Made by a program: the position numbers and the translations under genes. Positions 29,945 to 40,840 of a stretch of 64,000 nucleotides of DNA are shown here, one piece after another (the first letter of the stretch is position 1; each line of letters opens with the position of its first letter). Source of the stretch: Oceanispirochaeta sp. (GTDB taxonomy: Bacteria; Spirochaetota; Spirochaetia; DSM-2461); the NCBI GenBank assembly GCA_963663385.2, contig CAXXXD010000002.1, forward strand, positions 1,504,001 to 1,568,000. The letters are read 5' to 3'. A model generated the notes under the pieces. The model saw only the letters and a list, made by a program, of their open reading frames with translations, was not told the DNA's origin and ran no database searches.

Positions 29945-30367
29945 ATGAGTATGTTTACAGGCAACAGCTTTGGAAAGACAATTGATATTCTGCAGAGAAC
30001 CATGGATACGTCCCTGCTGAGGCGTGAGGTAATTTCCAACAATATCGCCAATGCGGAAACTCCCAACTTCAAAAGAAGCGATGTGAATTTTGAAGCGGAG
30101 CTCTCCAGAGCACTGGCATCTGAAAACAGGCAGACCCTCCCGGCCCGTGTAACCGATGCCCGTCATATGAGCTTCAATGAAGTAACGGACTATCGGTCGG
30201 TCAGACCCAGACGTGTTCTGGACTATTTGACTACCTCAAAAAACAATGGAAACAATGTGGATGTCGAGCAGGAAATCATGATGGCCACAGAGAATCAGAT
30301 GATGTACGAACTGATGAGTCAGTCCATGGCCTGGCAGTTCTCACAGATCAACCTGGTTGCTAGATAA
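29945..30367 (+). CDS. flgB: Flagellar rod protein FlgB
   Basis: NNIANAETPNFKR, NGNNVDVE. Confidence 0.96.
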   Translation: MSMFTGNSFGKTIDILQRTMDTSLLRREVISNNIANAETPNFKRSDVNFEAELSRALASENRQTLPARVTDARHMSFNEVTDYRSVRPRRVLDYLTTSKNNGNNVDVEQEIMMATENQMMYELMSQSMAWQFSQINLVAR

Positions 30368-30392
30368 CCTGATAATTGAGGAGAAATAGAGT

Positions 30393-30851
30393 ATGGGATT
30401 ATTCAGTTCTATTAATACAGCGGCAACCGGTCTCTCCGCGGAAAGAATGAGACTGGATGTTATTTCCGATAATATCGCCAATGCCAATACAACCAGAACT
30501 GCCGACGGCGGACCCTTTCGCAAGAGCCGTGTAGTATTCCGTCCTGCCGTGGATCAGCCCTACTGGCGTTCTCCCTTTCTTCCGGAATCTCTGGATAACG
30601 GAATCGGACAGGGCGTTCAGGTTTCCAGTATCGAAAAGGATATGGATTCCGAACTGCGCCTGGTTTATGATCCAACCCATCCTGATGCGATTAAAACCGG
30701 ACCCAAAAAGGGATATGTAGAGTATCCCAATGTCAACGTTGTTAATGAAATGGTGGATATGATCTCTGCCACCAGAGCCTACGAAGCAAATGTGGCCATT
30801 ATGGACGGCAGTAAAAGCATGTTTCGTAAAGCTCTGGAAATCGGGAGATAG
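30393..30851 (+). CDS. flgC: Flagellar rod protein FlgC
   Basis: NIANANTT, YDPTHPDA, GYVEYPNVN, RAYEAN. Confidence 0.97.
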   Translation: MGLFSSINTAATGLSAERMRLDVISDNIANANTTRTADGGPFRKSRVVFRPAVDQPYWRSPFLPESLDNGIGQGVQVSSIEKDMDSELRLVYDPTHPDAIKTGPKKGYVEYPNVNVVNEMVDMISATRAYEANVAIMDGSKSMFRKALEIGR

Positions 30852-30854
30852 TAG

Positions 30855-31199
30855 ATGAGCAGTATACTGAATACCATTAACGAATCCATGGCTGCGGGGA
30901 ATCATATTACCATGAACCGGACGGATGCCCGGCATATGAAGCTCGCCGGACAGAATGATCCCGGTGTGATTCCCGAAGAGTCCACATTTTCCGATCTGGT
31001 TCGCAAGGGGCTGAATGCCGCCAATCAGGATCAGATAGACAGTTCCAACATGTTTGTTAAAATGATCACGGAACCGGATTCCATTGAAGCTCATGACGTA
31101 AGCATTGCCATGGCTAAAGCCAATATGTCTCTGCAGATGACAAAAAGTATAGTAGACGGGGCCGTACAGGCCTATAAAGATATTATTAATATGAGATAG
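30855..31199 (+). CDS. fliE: Flagellar basal body protein FliE
   Basis: HDVSIAMAKA...AYKDIINMR. Follows flgC. Confidence 0.92.
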   Translation: MSSILNTINESMAAGNHITMNRTDARHMKLAGQNDPGVIPEESTFSDLVRKGLNAANQDQIDSSNMFVKMITEPDSIEAHDVSIAMAKANMSLQMTKSIVDGAVQAYKDIINMR

Positions 31200-31264
31200 A
31201 TGCTGATAAGGGTTCTCCTGGTCTATAGCCGGAGATACCTCAGTTTTCACCGTGGGAGGGGGAA

Positions 31265-32971
31265 ATGCTGGAATGGATTAGAAAACTGCTGAGCCGGATT
31301 TCGACTGTCTGGGGTAAGTGGTCACTCGTTCAAAAACTGATATTCTCGGGTATCCTTGCAGGAGCCCTTGTAGGTATCATTCTACTGTTTACAGTCTCAT
31401 CAACACCTAGTATGGTCCCTCTTCTGGGGGTTCCCATTACCGATCAGGATACAAACGACCGTATTATGCTTAAACTTGATGAGGAAGGTGTTTCCTACAG
31501 GCTTAATGCGGACGGACGGATCTATGTGAGTGATGAAAAAGCCGCCCGGAATATGCGATCCCTGCTTATACGGGAAGACCTTATTCCCTCCGAAACCGAT
31601 CCCTGGGCCATATTTGATGTGGAACGCTGGACTCTGACAGATTTCGAAAGGGATGTTAATCTCAGAAGGGCCATAACCTCCAGTCTGGAGCAGCATATTG
31701 AAGCCCTCGCTGATGTGGATAATGCAGAGGTTTCTCTGGTTATGCCCGAGAAAACCCTCTTTGCCAGTGAACAGAACCCAGTTACCGTGTCTGCTGTACT
31801 TACACCGCGCCCCGGCAGCGATATCAGTGAAAACCGGAATAAGATCGAAGGTATTGTAAAACTGATCCAGTTTGCCGTAGAGGGCCTGACCGAAGATAAT
31901 ATTACCATCCTCGATTATAATGGAACCATACTGAATGATTTCAGGGGAATGGAAAATCTGGACCGGCTGGAATTGACCAGCCGGATGCTCAGGCAGAAAA
32001 AATCACTGGAAATTCAGTATACAAATACGATTCTGACCTCTCTTCAGAATGTGTTCACTCCCAAAAGAGTGAATATTGTAAACATCGATATTGATCTTGA
32101 GTTTATTAATAAAACCATTGCTACCGAAGAGCATTTTCCCATTGTCGTCAGGGAAGATAATCCCGAAACACCCTATAGTGAGCTGGATACGGTTAATTCC
32201 ATAACCCTTTCCCAGTCCGACTCTTCCGAACTCTTTGAAGGAACCGGTTTTAATCCGGAAGGGCCTCCCGGTCAGGAAGGGCAGACTGCACCCGCCTATA
32301 AGGACATGAACAATCTTGTCGGTAAGTACGAAAGCAACAGTACAACCCGGAACGAAGTGGTTAATACCAGGAATATACAGGAAGAGAAGAGTCCTTTTGA
32401 GATTGCACGGATCTCTGTAGCAGTTGCTGTGGACGGAATATGGAACTGGGATTATGATGAGAAGGGCAAACCCGTTCTGGAAAGGGGCAGCATTAAACGG
32501 CTGTATACTCCTGTCTCCGATGAAGATCTGGCAAAAGCTCTGACTCTTGTTCAGCATGCGGTGGGATTTTCCACTGCAAGGGGCGACACTGTAACGGTTC
32601 AGCATATTCCCTTCGACAGAAGCGAAGAATTCAAGGCCGAAGATGCGGAGTGGCGCCGTCAGCAGCAGATACAGCAGACAATGCTCTATTCTATAATAGC
32701 TCTGATTATTCTGATAGCGGCTTTCTTTATCTATCGTGCCATTGCCAAGGAATTGGAAAGACGAAGACGCCTGAGGGAAGAGGAGCTGGCACGTCAGCAT
32801 CAGGCCATGCGTGAACAGACCCTGCGTCAGGCTGAGGAAGAAGGTATTGATGTAGAGATGTCCGTTCAGGAACGGGCCAGAATGGAAATGCAGGAAAATG
32901 CCAAAAATATGGCCAGGGAACACCCGGAAGATGTCGCTAATCTGATCCGGACCTGGCTGGCGGAGGAATAA
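31265..32971 (+). CDS. fliF: Flagellar MS-ring protein FliF
   Basis: Two TM segments, TDFERDVN, RISVAV, RGDTV, C-terminal VANLIRTWL. Confidence 0.96.
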   Translation: MLEWIRKLLSRISTVWGKWSLVQKLIFSGILAGALVGIILLFTVSSTPSMVPLLGVPITDQDTNDRIMLKLDEEGVSYRLNADGRIYVSDEKAARNMRSLLIREDLIPSETDPWAIFDVERWTLTDFERDVNLRRAITSSLEQHIEALADVDNAEVSLVMPEKTLFASEQNPVTVSAVLTPRPGSDISENRNKIEGIVKLIQFAVEGLTEDNITILDYNGTILNDFRGMENLDRLELTSRMLRQKKSLEIQYTNTILTSLQNVFTPKRVNIVNIDIDLEFINKTIATEEHFPIVVREDNPETPYSELDTVNSITLSQSDSSELFEGTGFNPEGPPGQEGQTAPAYKDMNNLVGKYESNSTTRNEVVNTRNIQEEKSPFEIARISVAVAVDGIWNWDYDEKGKPVLERGSIKRLYTPVSDEDLAKALTLVQHAVGFSTARGDTVTVQHIPFDRSEEFKAEDAEWRRQQQIQQTMLYSIIALIILIAAFFIYRAIAKELERRRRLREEELARQHQAMREQTLRQAEEEGIDVEMSVQERARMEMQENAKNMAREHPEDVANLIRTWLAEE

Positions 32972-32974
32972 TAG

Positions 32975-34012
32975 ATGGCGAAAGCAAACGCTCAGGGTAA
33001 GGGAAGTCATAAGGAGGATCTGTCGGGAAAGCAGAAGGCGGCAATCTTTCTTGTCACCCTTGGAGCGGAAATCTCTTCAGAAGTATTCAAACACCTCAGA
33101 GAAGACGAGATTGAAGTTCTTACTTTTGAGATAGCCCGACTGGAGAATATTGATCCCGAATCAAGAGATATGGTGCTTCAGGAGTTTCAGGAACTCATGA
33201 TGGCTCAGGATTTTATTTCATCCGGAGGTATCGATTATGCCAGGGAACTTCTGGAAAAGTCCCTTGGAAGCCAGAAAGCTGTAGATATTATCAACAGACT
33301 GACCAGTTCTCTGAAAACACGGCCTTTCGACTTTGTACGGCGTACCGATCCCGCCCATCTGCTGAACTTCATACAGCAGGAGCATCCCCAGACTATCGCC
33401 CTGATCCTGGCGTATCTCGAACCTCTCAAGGCATCCCAGATACTGGGGCAGCTCCCTCAGGAAAAACAGTCGGATGTTGCCAAAAGGATTGCAACCATGG
33501 ACCGGACTTCACCGGAAATACTCCGGGAAGTGGAAAGGGTTCTGGAAAAGAAGTTGTCCTCTCTCTCATCCGAGGACTATACCTCGGCCGGCGGTGTACC
33601 CAGTATCGTTGATATTCTCAACCTGGTAGACCGAACAACAGAGAAAACAATTATAGAATCCCTGGAAGAGGACGATCCCGAACTGGCTGAAGAGATCAAG
33701 AAGCGCATGTTCGTATTCGAAGATATCATCATGCTTGACGACCGGGCTGTTCAGCGGGTCATGCGTGAAGTGGATACGGCGGAACTGGCCAAGGCCCTGA
33801 AGGCCGTCGACCCCGAAGTTCAGGACAAGATTTTCCGGAATATGTCCAAACGTGCCGCTTCTCTTCTGAAAGAGGATATGGACTTTATGGGGCCTACCAG
33901 AAGAAAGGACGTTGAGGAAGCCCAGCAGAAAATCGTTTCTGTTATCAGAAAACTGGAAGAGCAGGGTGAAGTTGTTATCGCCAGAAGCGGTGAAGAGGAT
34001 GTTCTCGTCTAG
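32975..34012 (+). CDS. fliG: Flagellar motor switch protein FliG
   Basis: KAAIFL, GGIDYA, EHPQTIA, MFVFED, NMSKRA. Confidence 0.98.
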   Translation: MAKANAQGKGSHKEDLSGKQKAAIFLVTLGAEISSEVFKHLREDEIEVLTFEIARLENIDPESRDMVLQEFQELMMAQDFISSGGIDYARELLEKSLGSQKAVDIINRLTSSLKTRPFDFVRRTDPAHLLNFIQQEHPQTIALILAYLEPLKASQILGQLPQEKQSDVAKRIATMDRTSPEILREVERVLEKKLSSLSSEDYTSAGGVPSIVDILNLVDRTTEKTIIESLEEDDPELAEEIKKRMFVFEDIIMLDDRAVQRVMREVDTAELAKALKAVDPEVQDKIFRNMSKRAASLLKEDMDFMGPTRRKDVEEAQQKIVSVIRKLEEQGEVVIARSGEEDVLV

Positions 34013-34043
34013 GCCGGGCTGCCTGGGAGAGTGAGGAGACAAT

Positions 34044-34958
34044 ATGGCCAAGAATTTATTCCGACCGATGGAAATCGTCAACCTGACCGCACAGAAGGTG
34101 GAAATCGCCCCTCCCGTATTTGAAGTGGAAGATTCCCTTGATGAACTTCAGGAGGTGGAAGAGTATACGGGTCCGACAGCTGATGATCTGCGGCGGGAAG
34201 CTGAAATGTTCAGAACCAGCTGGGAAGAAGAGAAAGCCCGGATGGTTGAGCAGGCCAATACCGAGGCGGAACGGATTATAAAGGAAGCCGAAGAGACCGC
34301 TTTCGAAGAGGTCCGGCGGAAAACCGATCAGGCTTCAAAAGAAAAAATCGAAATTGAAACGGAAGCCAACCGGGTACTGGATCAGGCCCGTACGGAAGCC
34401 GAGAAAATGATACAGGATGCCAGGAATCAGGTTGTTCTGATAGAGGAAGAAGCCCGTAAGACAGGTGAGGCAGCCGGTCGGGAAGAGGGGTACCAGGAGG
34501 GGCGCAAAGAAGCGGAACGTCTGGTAGAAAGGCTGCATATGATCCTTGCCCGTGCCATAGAAAAGCGGGAAGAGATGATCGACGAAGCAGAAACCCAGAT
34601 GATAGACCTGGTTCTTATGATCTCGCGCAAGGTTATAAAGGTTATCTCCGAAAATCAGAAAAATGTGGTAGTCAACAATATTGTTCAGGCCCTGAGAAAA
34701 CTGAAAAGCCGGGGGGATGTCGCCATTCGTGTTAACCTGGCGGACCTGGATCTGGCTACAGATCATACACGTGATTTTATGAAGATGGTGGAGAATGTCA
34801 AATCCATTACCGTTCTGGAGGATACTTCGGTCGATCCCGGCGGATGTATCATCGAAACCGACTTTGGTCAGATTGATGCCCGTATTACTTCGCAGCTAAA
34901 GGAAATTGAAGAAAAAATCATGGAGCTTGTCCCGATCAAGGTCAAGGGTGAACAGTAG
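34044..34958 (+). CDS. fliH: Flagellar assembly protein FliH
   Basis: GxxxG repeats, GGCIIETDFGQIDA. Confidence 0.94.
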   Translation: MAKNLFRPMEIVNLTAQKVEIAPPVFEVEDSLDELQEVEEYTGPTADDLRREAEMFRTSWEEEKARMVEQANTEAERIIKEAEETAFEEVRRKTDQASKEKIEIETEANRVLDQARTEAEKMIQDARNQVVLIEEEARKTGEAAGREEGYQEGRKEAERLVERLHMILARAIEKREEMIDEAETQMIDLVLMISRKVIKVISENQKNVVVNNIVQALRKLKSRGDVAIRVNLADLDLATDHTRDFMKMVENVKSITVLEDTSVDPGGCIIETDFGQIDARITSQLKEIEEKIMELVPIKVKGEQ

Positions 34959-34970
34959 GGGTTCTGAATT

Positions 34971-36359
34971 ATGTCCGTGATGAAGCGATATCTGAATGTT
35001 CTGGAAAATCTCGATCCTGTTAAATACCATGGAAGGGTTATCCGGGTTCAGGGGAACCTTATAGAATCGAGCGGTCCTCAGGCTGTAATAGGCGAGGTCT
35101 GCCGGATTTTTCTGCCCCGCGAGAAACGGGAGATCCTGGCGGAAGTGGTAGCATTAAAGGATCAGCGGGTTCAATTGATGCCCTACGGGGAGATGCAGGG
35201 CATTGAAGCCGGGTGTCCTGTTGTGGCAACGGGGGAACAGCTCAGTATTTCCGTTTCAGAAGACCTGCTGGGGCGGGTGCTTGACGGTCTGGGGCATCCT
35301 TTTGATGAACTGGGCGGGGTTCATGGAGGTGAGAGGCGTTCCGTATTCAGTACCGCACCGTCCCCTATGCATCGAAAACGGATTGAAAAACAGATTGTCA
35401 CGGGAGTTCGCTCCATAGACAGTATGATTCCTCTGGGCGAGGGGCAGCGGATAGGAATCTTTGCCGGTTCGGGGGTTGGCAAATCCACTCTTCTGGGTAT
35501 GATCGCCCGAAATACATCTGCCGATGTGAATGTTATCGCCCTCATAGGCGAGCGGGGAAGGGAGGTCCGGGAATTTATTGAGAATGACCTTGGGCCGGAA
35601 GGTTTGAAACGATCGGTTCTGGTTGTCTCTACCGGTGATACTTCAGCCTTGAGCCGCGTACGGGGCGCCTATACTGCTACAACCATTGCCGAATATTTCA
35701 GGGATCAGGGGAAGAATGTGATGCTTCTTTTTGATTCGGTTACCCGTTTTGCCCTGTCTCAGAGAGAAATCGGTCTGGCTATCGGGGAACCTCCTGCTAC
35801 AAGGGGGTTTACTCCGTCAGTCTTTACCCTGCTTCCCAAACTCCTTGAGAGAAGCGGTACCTCTGACAAAGGGTCCATTACCGGGGTGTATACCATTCTG
35901 GTGGAAGGGGATGATATGGATGAACCGGTTACCGATGCGGTACGGGGAATCCTGGACGGGCATATTGTTCTGTCCCGTAAACTGGCGGAGCAGTATCACT
36001 ACCCGGCAGTGGATGTTCTGGGATCTGTCTCGCGTCTGGAAACGGTAATTATGCCTGAGCGTTTCAGAAAGAATGCCGGATATATCCGGAAGCTGCTGGC
36101 CCTTTACACAGAAAAGGAAGACCTTATTTCGGTAGGGGCTTATGCAAGGGGATCAAACCCCAAAGTTGATGAGGCGATAGACAAGATTGACAGCATTAAT
36201 GACTTCCTGAAGCAGGAAATAGAAGAGAAAGCGGATATAAGGAAGACCCTTGTGAATGCCGGGGCGATTTGCGGGGATAAATTGACCGAGGCGGAAGTCT
36301 GGGATAACCCCCTGAGCGATGAGGATATGAGAAATGAAGGCATTTCAATTCTCACTTGA
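34971..36359 (+). CDS. fliI: Flagellar export ATPase FliI
   Basis: GSGVGKS, IGERGREV, DSVTRF, GEPP, LDGHIVL. Confidence 0.97.
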   Translation: MSVMKRYLNVLENLDPVKYHGRVIRVQGNLIESSGPQAVIGEVCRIFLPREKREILAEVVALKDQRVQLMPYGEMQGIEAGCPVVATGEQLSISVSEDLLGRVLDGLGHPFDELGGVHGGERRSVFSTAPSPMHRKRIEKQIVTGVRSIDSMIPLGEGQRIGIFAGSGVGKSTLLGMIARNTSADVNVIALIGERGREVREFIENDLGPEGLKRSVLVVSTGDTSALSRVRGAYTATTIAEYFRDQGKNVMLLFDSVTRFALSQREIGLAIGEPPATRGFTPSVFTLLPKLLERSGTSDKGSITGVYTILVEGDDMDEPVTDAVRGILDGHIVLSRKLAEQYHYPAVDVLGSVSRLETVIMPERFRKNAGYIRKLLALYTEKEDLISVGAYARGSNPKVDEAIDKIDSINDFLKQEIEEKADIRKTLVNAGAICGDKLTEAEVWDNPLSDEDMRNEGISILT

Positions 36360-36762
36360 GCAGATACTTGAACTCCGGATTGAAGAGGAGCAGGAAGCCG
36401 AAATCCGTCTGGGACGAGCGGTTAGCGAGTGGAACCGCTTTAACAGGGACAGAGAGGACCGGGAGGCGAAAAAACGGGGTATCACACCGGGGCTCACTCC
36501 GGAGGATATACTGCAGACTTCTCTCTATCTGGCCAGGCTGGATCAGGAAATAGATCGTTTTCAGCAGGCCATGGACCAGAGGGCGCCACTTCTGGAAAAG
36601 CTTCGCAGGGAATACACAGAAGCCCGGGCAGCCAGGCAGGGACTGGAAAAACTGAAAGAGAAACGCCTGAATGAGCATAGGAAAAAAGCTCACCGCAAGG
36701 AAGCGTTGATTCTGGATGATTTGAGTATGAATATGATACGGATGCGAAAAGCATCCGAATAA
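36334..36762 (+). CDS. fliJ: Flagellar export protein FliJ (FlbA-like)
   Basis: FQFSLEQILELR, coiled coil, LEKLKEK. Follows fliI. Confidence 0.88.
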   Translation: MKAFQFSLEQILELRIEEEQEAEIRLGRAVSEWNRFNRDREDREAKKRGITPGLTPEDILQTSLYLARLDQEIDRFQQAMDQRAPLLEKLRREYTEARAARQGLEKLKEKRLNEHRKKAHRKEALILDDLSMNMIRMRKASE

Positions 36763-36780
36763 GAATACAGAGGTTTAATT

Positions 36781-37404
36781 GTGGCTAGAGTAAGCAGCGG
36801 TGCGGGAATCGCAAAGATATTTTTTCTCATTATTCTGATTATCGTTCTTGTAATCGGCGGTTTGCTCTGGGTGGATTTTCTGGGACTGATCAATGCAAGG
36901 GATTCTCTGGTGCCTCTGCTCAGGATGGTGCACCTGGATGTCCCTGAGCCGGTAGAACAGCCGGAGGATGTTTACCTGCTGGACAAGGAACGGCTTGCCA
37001 AGCAGATAGAAGCCCTGGATCTCAGGGAAGCGGATCTTCAGGCCAGAGAAGAACATATCCTTCTGGGGGAGGCGGAACTGAAAGAATTGGCCACCCAGCT
37101 GGAAGAACAGAAGAAAAGCCTTGATGAAAAAGAGAAATCTCTAAATGAAGCTTTAAAAATGTACGACAATAAAAGAGCAAACCTGGAACAGAATGCACTT
37201 TATCTGAGTGGTATGGAGCCTGCCAAGGCGGTTGCCATTATGAATGAAATGCAGAAAACAGAACTTGTAGATGTCCTGAGAACGTCCGAAAGGCTTTCCC
37301 GGGAATCCGGTACTGCTTCCCTGGTTGCCTTCTGGTTGTCGTTAATGGATCCCGACCGGGCGTCGGAGATTCAGAGCATGATGGTGATAAAACCGGAAGA
37401 TTAA
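36781..37404 (+). CDS. flbB: Periplasmic flagellar collar protein FlbB
   Basis: N-terminal TM, WVDFLGLI, long coiled coil, MEPAKAV and WLSLMDP. Lies between fliJ and fliK as in spirochetes. Confidence 0.82.
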   Translation: MARVSSGAGIAKIFFLIILIIVLVIGGLLWVDFLGLINARDSLVPLLRMVHLDVPEPVEQPEDVYLLDKERLAKQIEALDLREADLQAREEHILLGEAELKELATQLEEQKKSLDEKEKSLNEALKMYDNKRANLEQNALYLSGMEPAKAVAIMNEMQKTELVDVLRTSERLSRESGTASLVAFWLSLMDPDRASEIQSMMVIKPED

Positions 37405-37422
37405 ATATCATCTGGAGGTGCC

Positions 37423-38766
37423 ATGGTTCAATTGTCTTCCCCACAGTCGGATAGGATTCCGATAGAAGCCGGGGATAAAAAAGTACGAACCGTGAACCGG
37501 GCAGGGCAGGGCGAAGAGTCCGATTTCAGCAGAACCCTTGAAAAACAGAAGGCTGCGGGAAAGAAAGATGCCCCTCAAGGTTCATCAAAACATTCAAGGA
37601 CCGAACAGGCAAAACCGTCCCAGCTCGAAAATCCCCATGAAAAAGAACTGGCTGCCAAATCCGGCAAGCTGATAAAAGGCCGGGTCCAGGATAAAAACCG
37701 TCTTGTCATTGCAGAAAATAAAAAGTCTGTCCAATCGAAAGAAGGCATTCCGGAAACAGGAAAAAAGTCTGACCGGAAAAGCGGGATCTTTTCCCGGGAG
37801 TCATCGGAATCACTTGTTCTGGCAGTTTCACAGCAGATCTCCGACTGGGGGATGAAAAAACTTCCCGATCAGCAGACTGCGGGTTTATCAGAAACTGCCG
37901 GGAATGCTCCGGAAACAGATGATACAGAAAACGCTCCTGTAAAAGTGGCAGCCCCTTCGATGGACAGCCGGATTGTAAAAGAGCTGGCGTCCTCCGGCAG
38001 AATAGCCGAAACAGCTGAAGCTGTCAAAAGCGGAGCTGTCGTCCAAAACCTGACTTCCGATGGGGAGGGAAAAGATCTGGCCGGCAGAAAGAGAACATCT
38101 CTGAACAGAAGTACAGTTAACCGGAGTGCTGCGGATAAGGTTATTTCGGTAGAGGACCGCCGGACTGTCAAAACGGAAGAGGCAAAGGCTGTTTTCTCAC
38201 CTGCCGGTGAGCAGAGAGAAGAGGGGCTTACCCTTGAAATGGCTCCCCGGGAAGAGATAGACGGCACTGCTGCAGGTCTGGAGCTTCGTAATACCCAGAC
38301 TCAGTTTTCATTGGATACGGCAGAAGAGCAGAAAGGGTCCTTCCTTCTGAACAAGCAGCTCCAGGAAGGCGGTACAAAGGATCTGGCAAAGAATATCCGT
38401 TTTGTTCTTAAAGACAGAAATCAGGGTGAAATCAGGCTGATCCTGAAACCCGAAGCCCTGGGAAAGGTAAGAATCCAGCTGAATCTGCAGGAAAACAATA
38501 TAGTCGGGAAAATTTTTGTCGAAAATAATAGTGTGAAGCAGGTTTTTCTGAACAATCTGACCGATTTGACAAAAGCCCTGGAAGAGAGCGGGTTTCAGAC
38601 AGCTTCACTGGATGTGCAGGTAGGCGGCGGTGAGACAGGCAGCCATGACCGGCAGCATCAGGAACGCCCCCTATTCTTTAAGAGAGATGCGGCGGAACTT
38701 GAAGAGAGTATTCCTGTTGTTTTTGATAATGCTTCCCCACTGTCTCAAATAGATTTAGTAGTTTAG
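37423..38766 (+). CDS. fliK: Hook-length control protein FliK
   Basis: Low-complexity N-terminus, C-terminal LKPEALGKVRI domain. Precedes flgD. Confidence 0.9.
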   Translation: MVQLSSPQSDRIPIEAGDKKVRTVNRAGQGEESDFSRTLEKQKAAGKKDAPQGSSKHSRTEQAKPSQLENPHEKELAAKSGKLIKGRVQDKNRLVIAENKKSVQSKEGIPETGKKSDRKSGIFSRESSESLVLAVSQQISDWGMKKLPDQQTAGLSETAGNAPETDDTENAPVKVAAPSMDSRIVKELASSGRIAETAEAVKSGAVVQNLTSDGEGKDLAGRKRTSLNRSTVNRSAADKVISVEDRRTVKTEEAKAVFSPAGEQREEGLTLEMAPREEIDGTAAGLELRNTQTQFSLDTAEEQKGSFLLNKQLQEGGTKDLAKNIRFVLKDRNQGEIRLILKPEALGKVRIQLNLQENNIVGKIFVENNSVKQVFLNNLTDLTKALEESGFQTASLDVQVGGGETGSHDRQHQERPLFFKRDAAELEESIPVVFDNASPLSQIDLVV

Positions 38767-38775
38767 GAGGTCCTG

Positions 38776-39231
38776 ATGGATTTTAGTACACAGATGAATG
38801 GTGCAGAAAAAGCCAGAGTTTCCATGCAGGTCGATTCATTCAATAAAGCCCTGAATGGGAATAAGGTCCAACAGACGGAACTGGGAAAGGACGACTTTAT
38901 GAAAATCCTGATTACCCAGCTCTCCCATCAGGATCCCACAAAGCCCATGGAAGATAAAGAGTTTATTGCACAGATGGCCCAGTTCTCCTCCCTGGAGCAG
39001 ATGACCAACATGAGTCAGCAGTTTACAACAGTAGCCCAGCGGCTCAACAGCTCAACCGCCATGAATGTGCTGGGGCAGGATGTGGAACTTATGGTTAACG
39101 GCCAGGCTGTACAGGGTTCTGTAGAAGCCGTAACGGGCGGAGAGTTCCCCCAGCTGCTGGTCAATGGAAACTACTATGATTTTTCTACACTTCAAACAGT
39201 ATTTAACAACAAAGGAGAAACCGAATTATGA
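38776..39231 (+). CDS. flgD: Hook cap protein FlgD
   Basis: [35 protein letters not shown]. Confidence 0.97.
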   Translation: MDFSTQMNGAEKARVSMQVDSFNKALNGNKVQQTELGKDDFMKILITQLSHQDPTKPMEDKEFIAQMAQFSSLEQMTNMSQQFTTVAQRLNSSTAMNVLGQDVELMVNGQAVQGSVEAVTGGEFPQLLVNGNYYDFSTLQTVFNNKGETEL

Positions 39232-40616
39232 TGCGCTCACTTTACTCCGGAGTATCCGGACTTCAGAATCATCAGACCAGAATGGATGTGATCGGTAACA
39301 ATGTATCCAATGTGAACACCATAGGGTTTAAGAAAGGGCGGGTTGTTTTTCAGGATATGATCTCCCAGAAATCAAAAGGCGCCGCACGTCCTACAGAAGA
39401 ACTGGGCGGTGTAAACCCTATTCAGGTAGGACTCGGCATGACCGTGGCAACGATTGATACCATTCATACCCAGGGATCTCTGCAGACCACCGGCAATATG
39501 ACCGATCTGGCCATTCAGGGAAACGGTTTTTTTATCCTTCAGAGCGGAGATAAGGAATTCTACAGCCGGGCCGGTGCGTTCGGTCTTGATGAAGAGGGTA
39601 TGCTGGTTAATCCTGCCAACGGGATGCGTGTTCAGGGCTGGGAAGCCCAGACTGTAGAGGGTGAGACATTTATCAATACCGCAAGTGATACGACCAGTCT
39701 GAATATCCCTGTGGGAAGCAAAGACCCCGCAGCGGCTACTACGGAAGTTGAACTGGCCTGTAATCTTGATAAACGGACTCCAGAAATAGCTGACGGAGCC
39801 GGCCCCGCTGATGTGAGGCAGGGAACCTGGCAGATTGACAAGGATATTTATGATTCCTTTGGAAATGTTCATAAGATGAGTATTCAGTTTACCAGGACAC
39901 CCGGTGTTAACAACCAGTGGGATGTTGCGGTAACTGTGGACCAGAATGGCGAAACTCCCGCCAATACTCAGATAGAGATCGGTGCGGAAAATAATGCCAC
40001 CAATACTTTTTCCATGTCCTTTGACAATCTGGGCGCTCTGCAGGCTGCTTTCGACGGCCAGGGTGATACGGTTGATGCGGGTAATCTTCTGATTCCGGTA
40101 TCCTTCGATATTCTGGATTCCACTCCCGGTGCGGATGGTGCTCCCATCCGGCAGACTTTCAATCTGAACCTTGGCGAGGTAGGAAGCTATACCAATACGG
40201 TTACACAGTTTGCCGAAACTTCTTCTACCAAGGCTTTTCGTCAGAACGGTTATTCCATGGGGTATCTGGAAACTTTTCAGATTGATTCCAGCGGTGTGAT
40301 TACCGGTGTGTACTCCAACGGTACCAATCGTTCTCTCGGGCAGGTCGCTCTGGCCAGTTTCACCAACCCCGGCGGTCTGGAAAAGGGTGGCGAGAGTACT
40401 TTTGTACAGACCATAAACTCCGGTGAGGCAAATATCGGACCATCCGGAATTGCGGGTAAGGGAAAGTTTGTTGCCGGTGCCCTTGAGATGAGTAATGTGG
40501 ATCTGGCGGAACAGTTTACCGACATGATTGTTACCCAGAGAGGATTTCAGGCAAACAGCAAGTCGATTACAACGTCGGATACCATGCTGCAGGAACTCCT
40601 GTCCCTGAAAAGATAA
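39228..40616 (+). CDS. flgE: Flagellar hook protein FlgE
   Basis: [39 protein letters not shown]165/C178/N179 present. Confidence 0.98.
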   Translation: MMRSLYSGVSGLQNHQTRMDVIGNNVSNVNTIGFKKGRVVFQDMISQKSKGAARPTEELGGVNPIQVGLGMTVATIDTIHTQGSLQTTGNMTDLAIQGNGFFILQSGDKEFYSRAGAFGLDEEGMLVNPANGMRVQGWEAQTVEGETFINTASDTTSLNIPVGSKDPAAATTEVELACNLDKRTPEIADGAGPADVRQGTWQIDKDIYDSFGNVHKMSIQFTRTPGVNNQWDVAVTVDQNGETPANTQIEIGAENNATNTFSMSFDNLGALQAAFDGQGDTVDAGNLLIPVSFDILDSTPGADGAPIRQTFNLNLGEVGSYTNTVTQFAETSSTKAFRQNGYSMGYLETFQIDSSGVITGVYSNGTNRSLGQVALASFTNPGGLEKGGESTFVQTINSGEANIGPSGIAGKGKFVAGALEMSNVDLAEQFTDMIVTQRGFQANSKSITTSDTMLQELLSLKR

Positions 40617-40630
40617 GGTGATCTGAATAG

Positions 40631-40834
40631 ATGATTGAGGTTACCATGCTGGGGAAACTGGGGAAAGTAATTTACCTCAATCCCCATCAGATAGAGTATA
40701 TTGAAGCAGACGCCAATACGACTATTGTCATGCTGTCGGGGAAAAGGCTGGTTGTTTCGGAGGATTACGCCACCGTTTACGATCGGATCGTGGCCTACCG
40801 GCAGCAGATTGGCGCTTTTAAGAACGAGGAGTAG
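40631..40834 (+). CDS. flbD: Flagellar protein FlbD (SwrD family)
   Basis: MIEVT...LNPHQIEYIE...TTI...GK...V.E. Lies between flgE and motA. Confidence 0.9.
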   Translation: MIEVTMLGKLGKVIYLNPHQIEYIEADANTTIVMLSGKRLVVSEDYATVYDRIVAYRQQIGAFKNEE

Positions 40835-40840
40835 TTATTA

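Noticed and set aside
31203..31247. Imperfect hairpin between fliE and fliF
   Set aside because: The stem has bulges and wobbles and the T tail is short, too weak to call a terminator.
37360..37465. sigma28 promoter ahead of fliK
   Set aside because: No convincing TAAA-N15/16-GCCGAT match.
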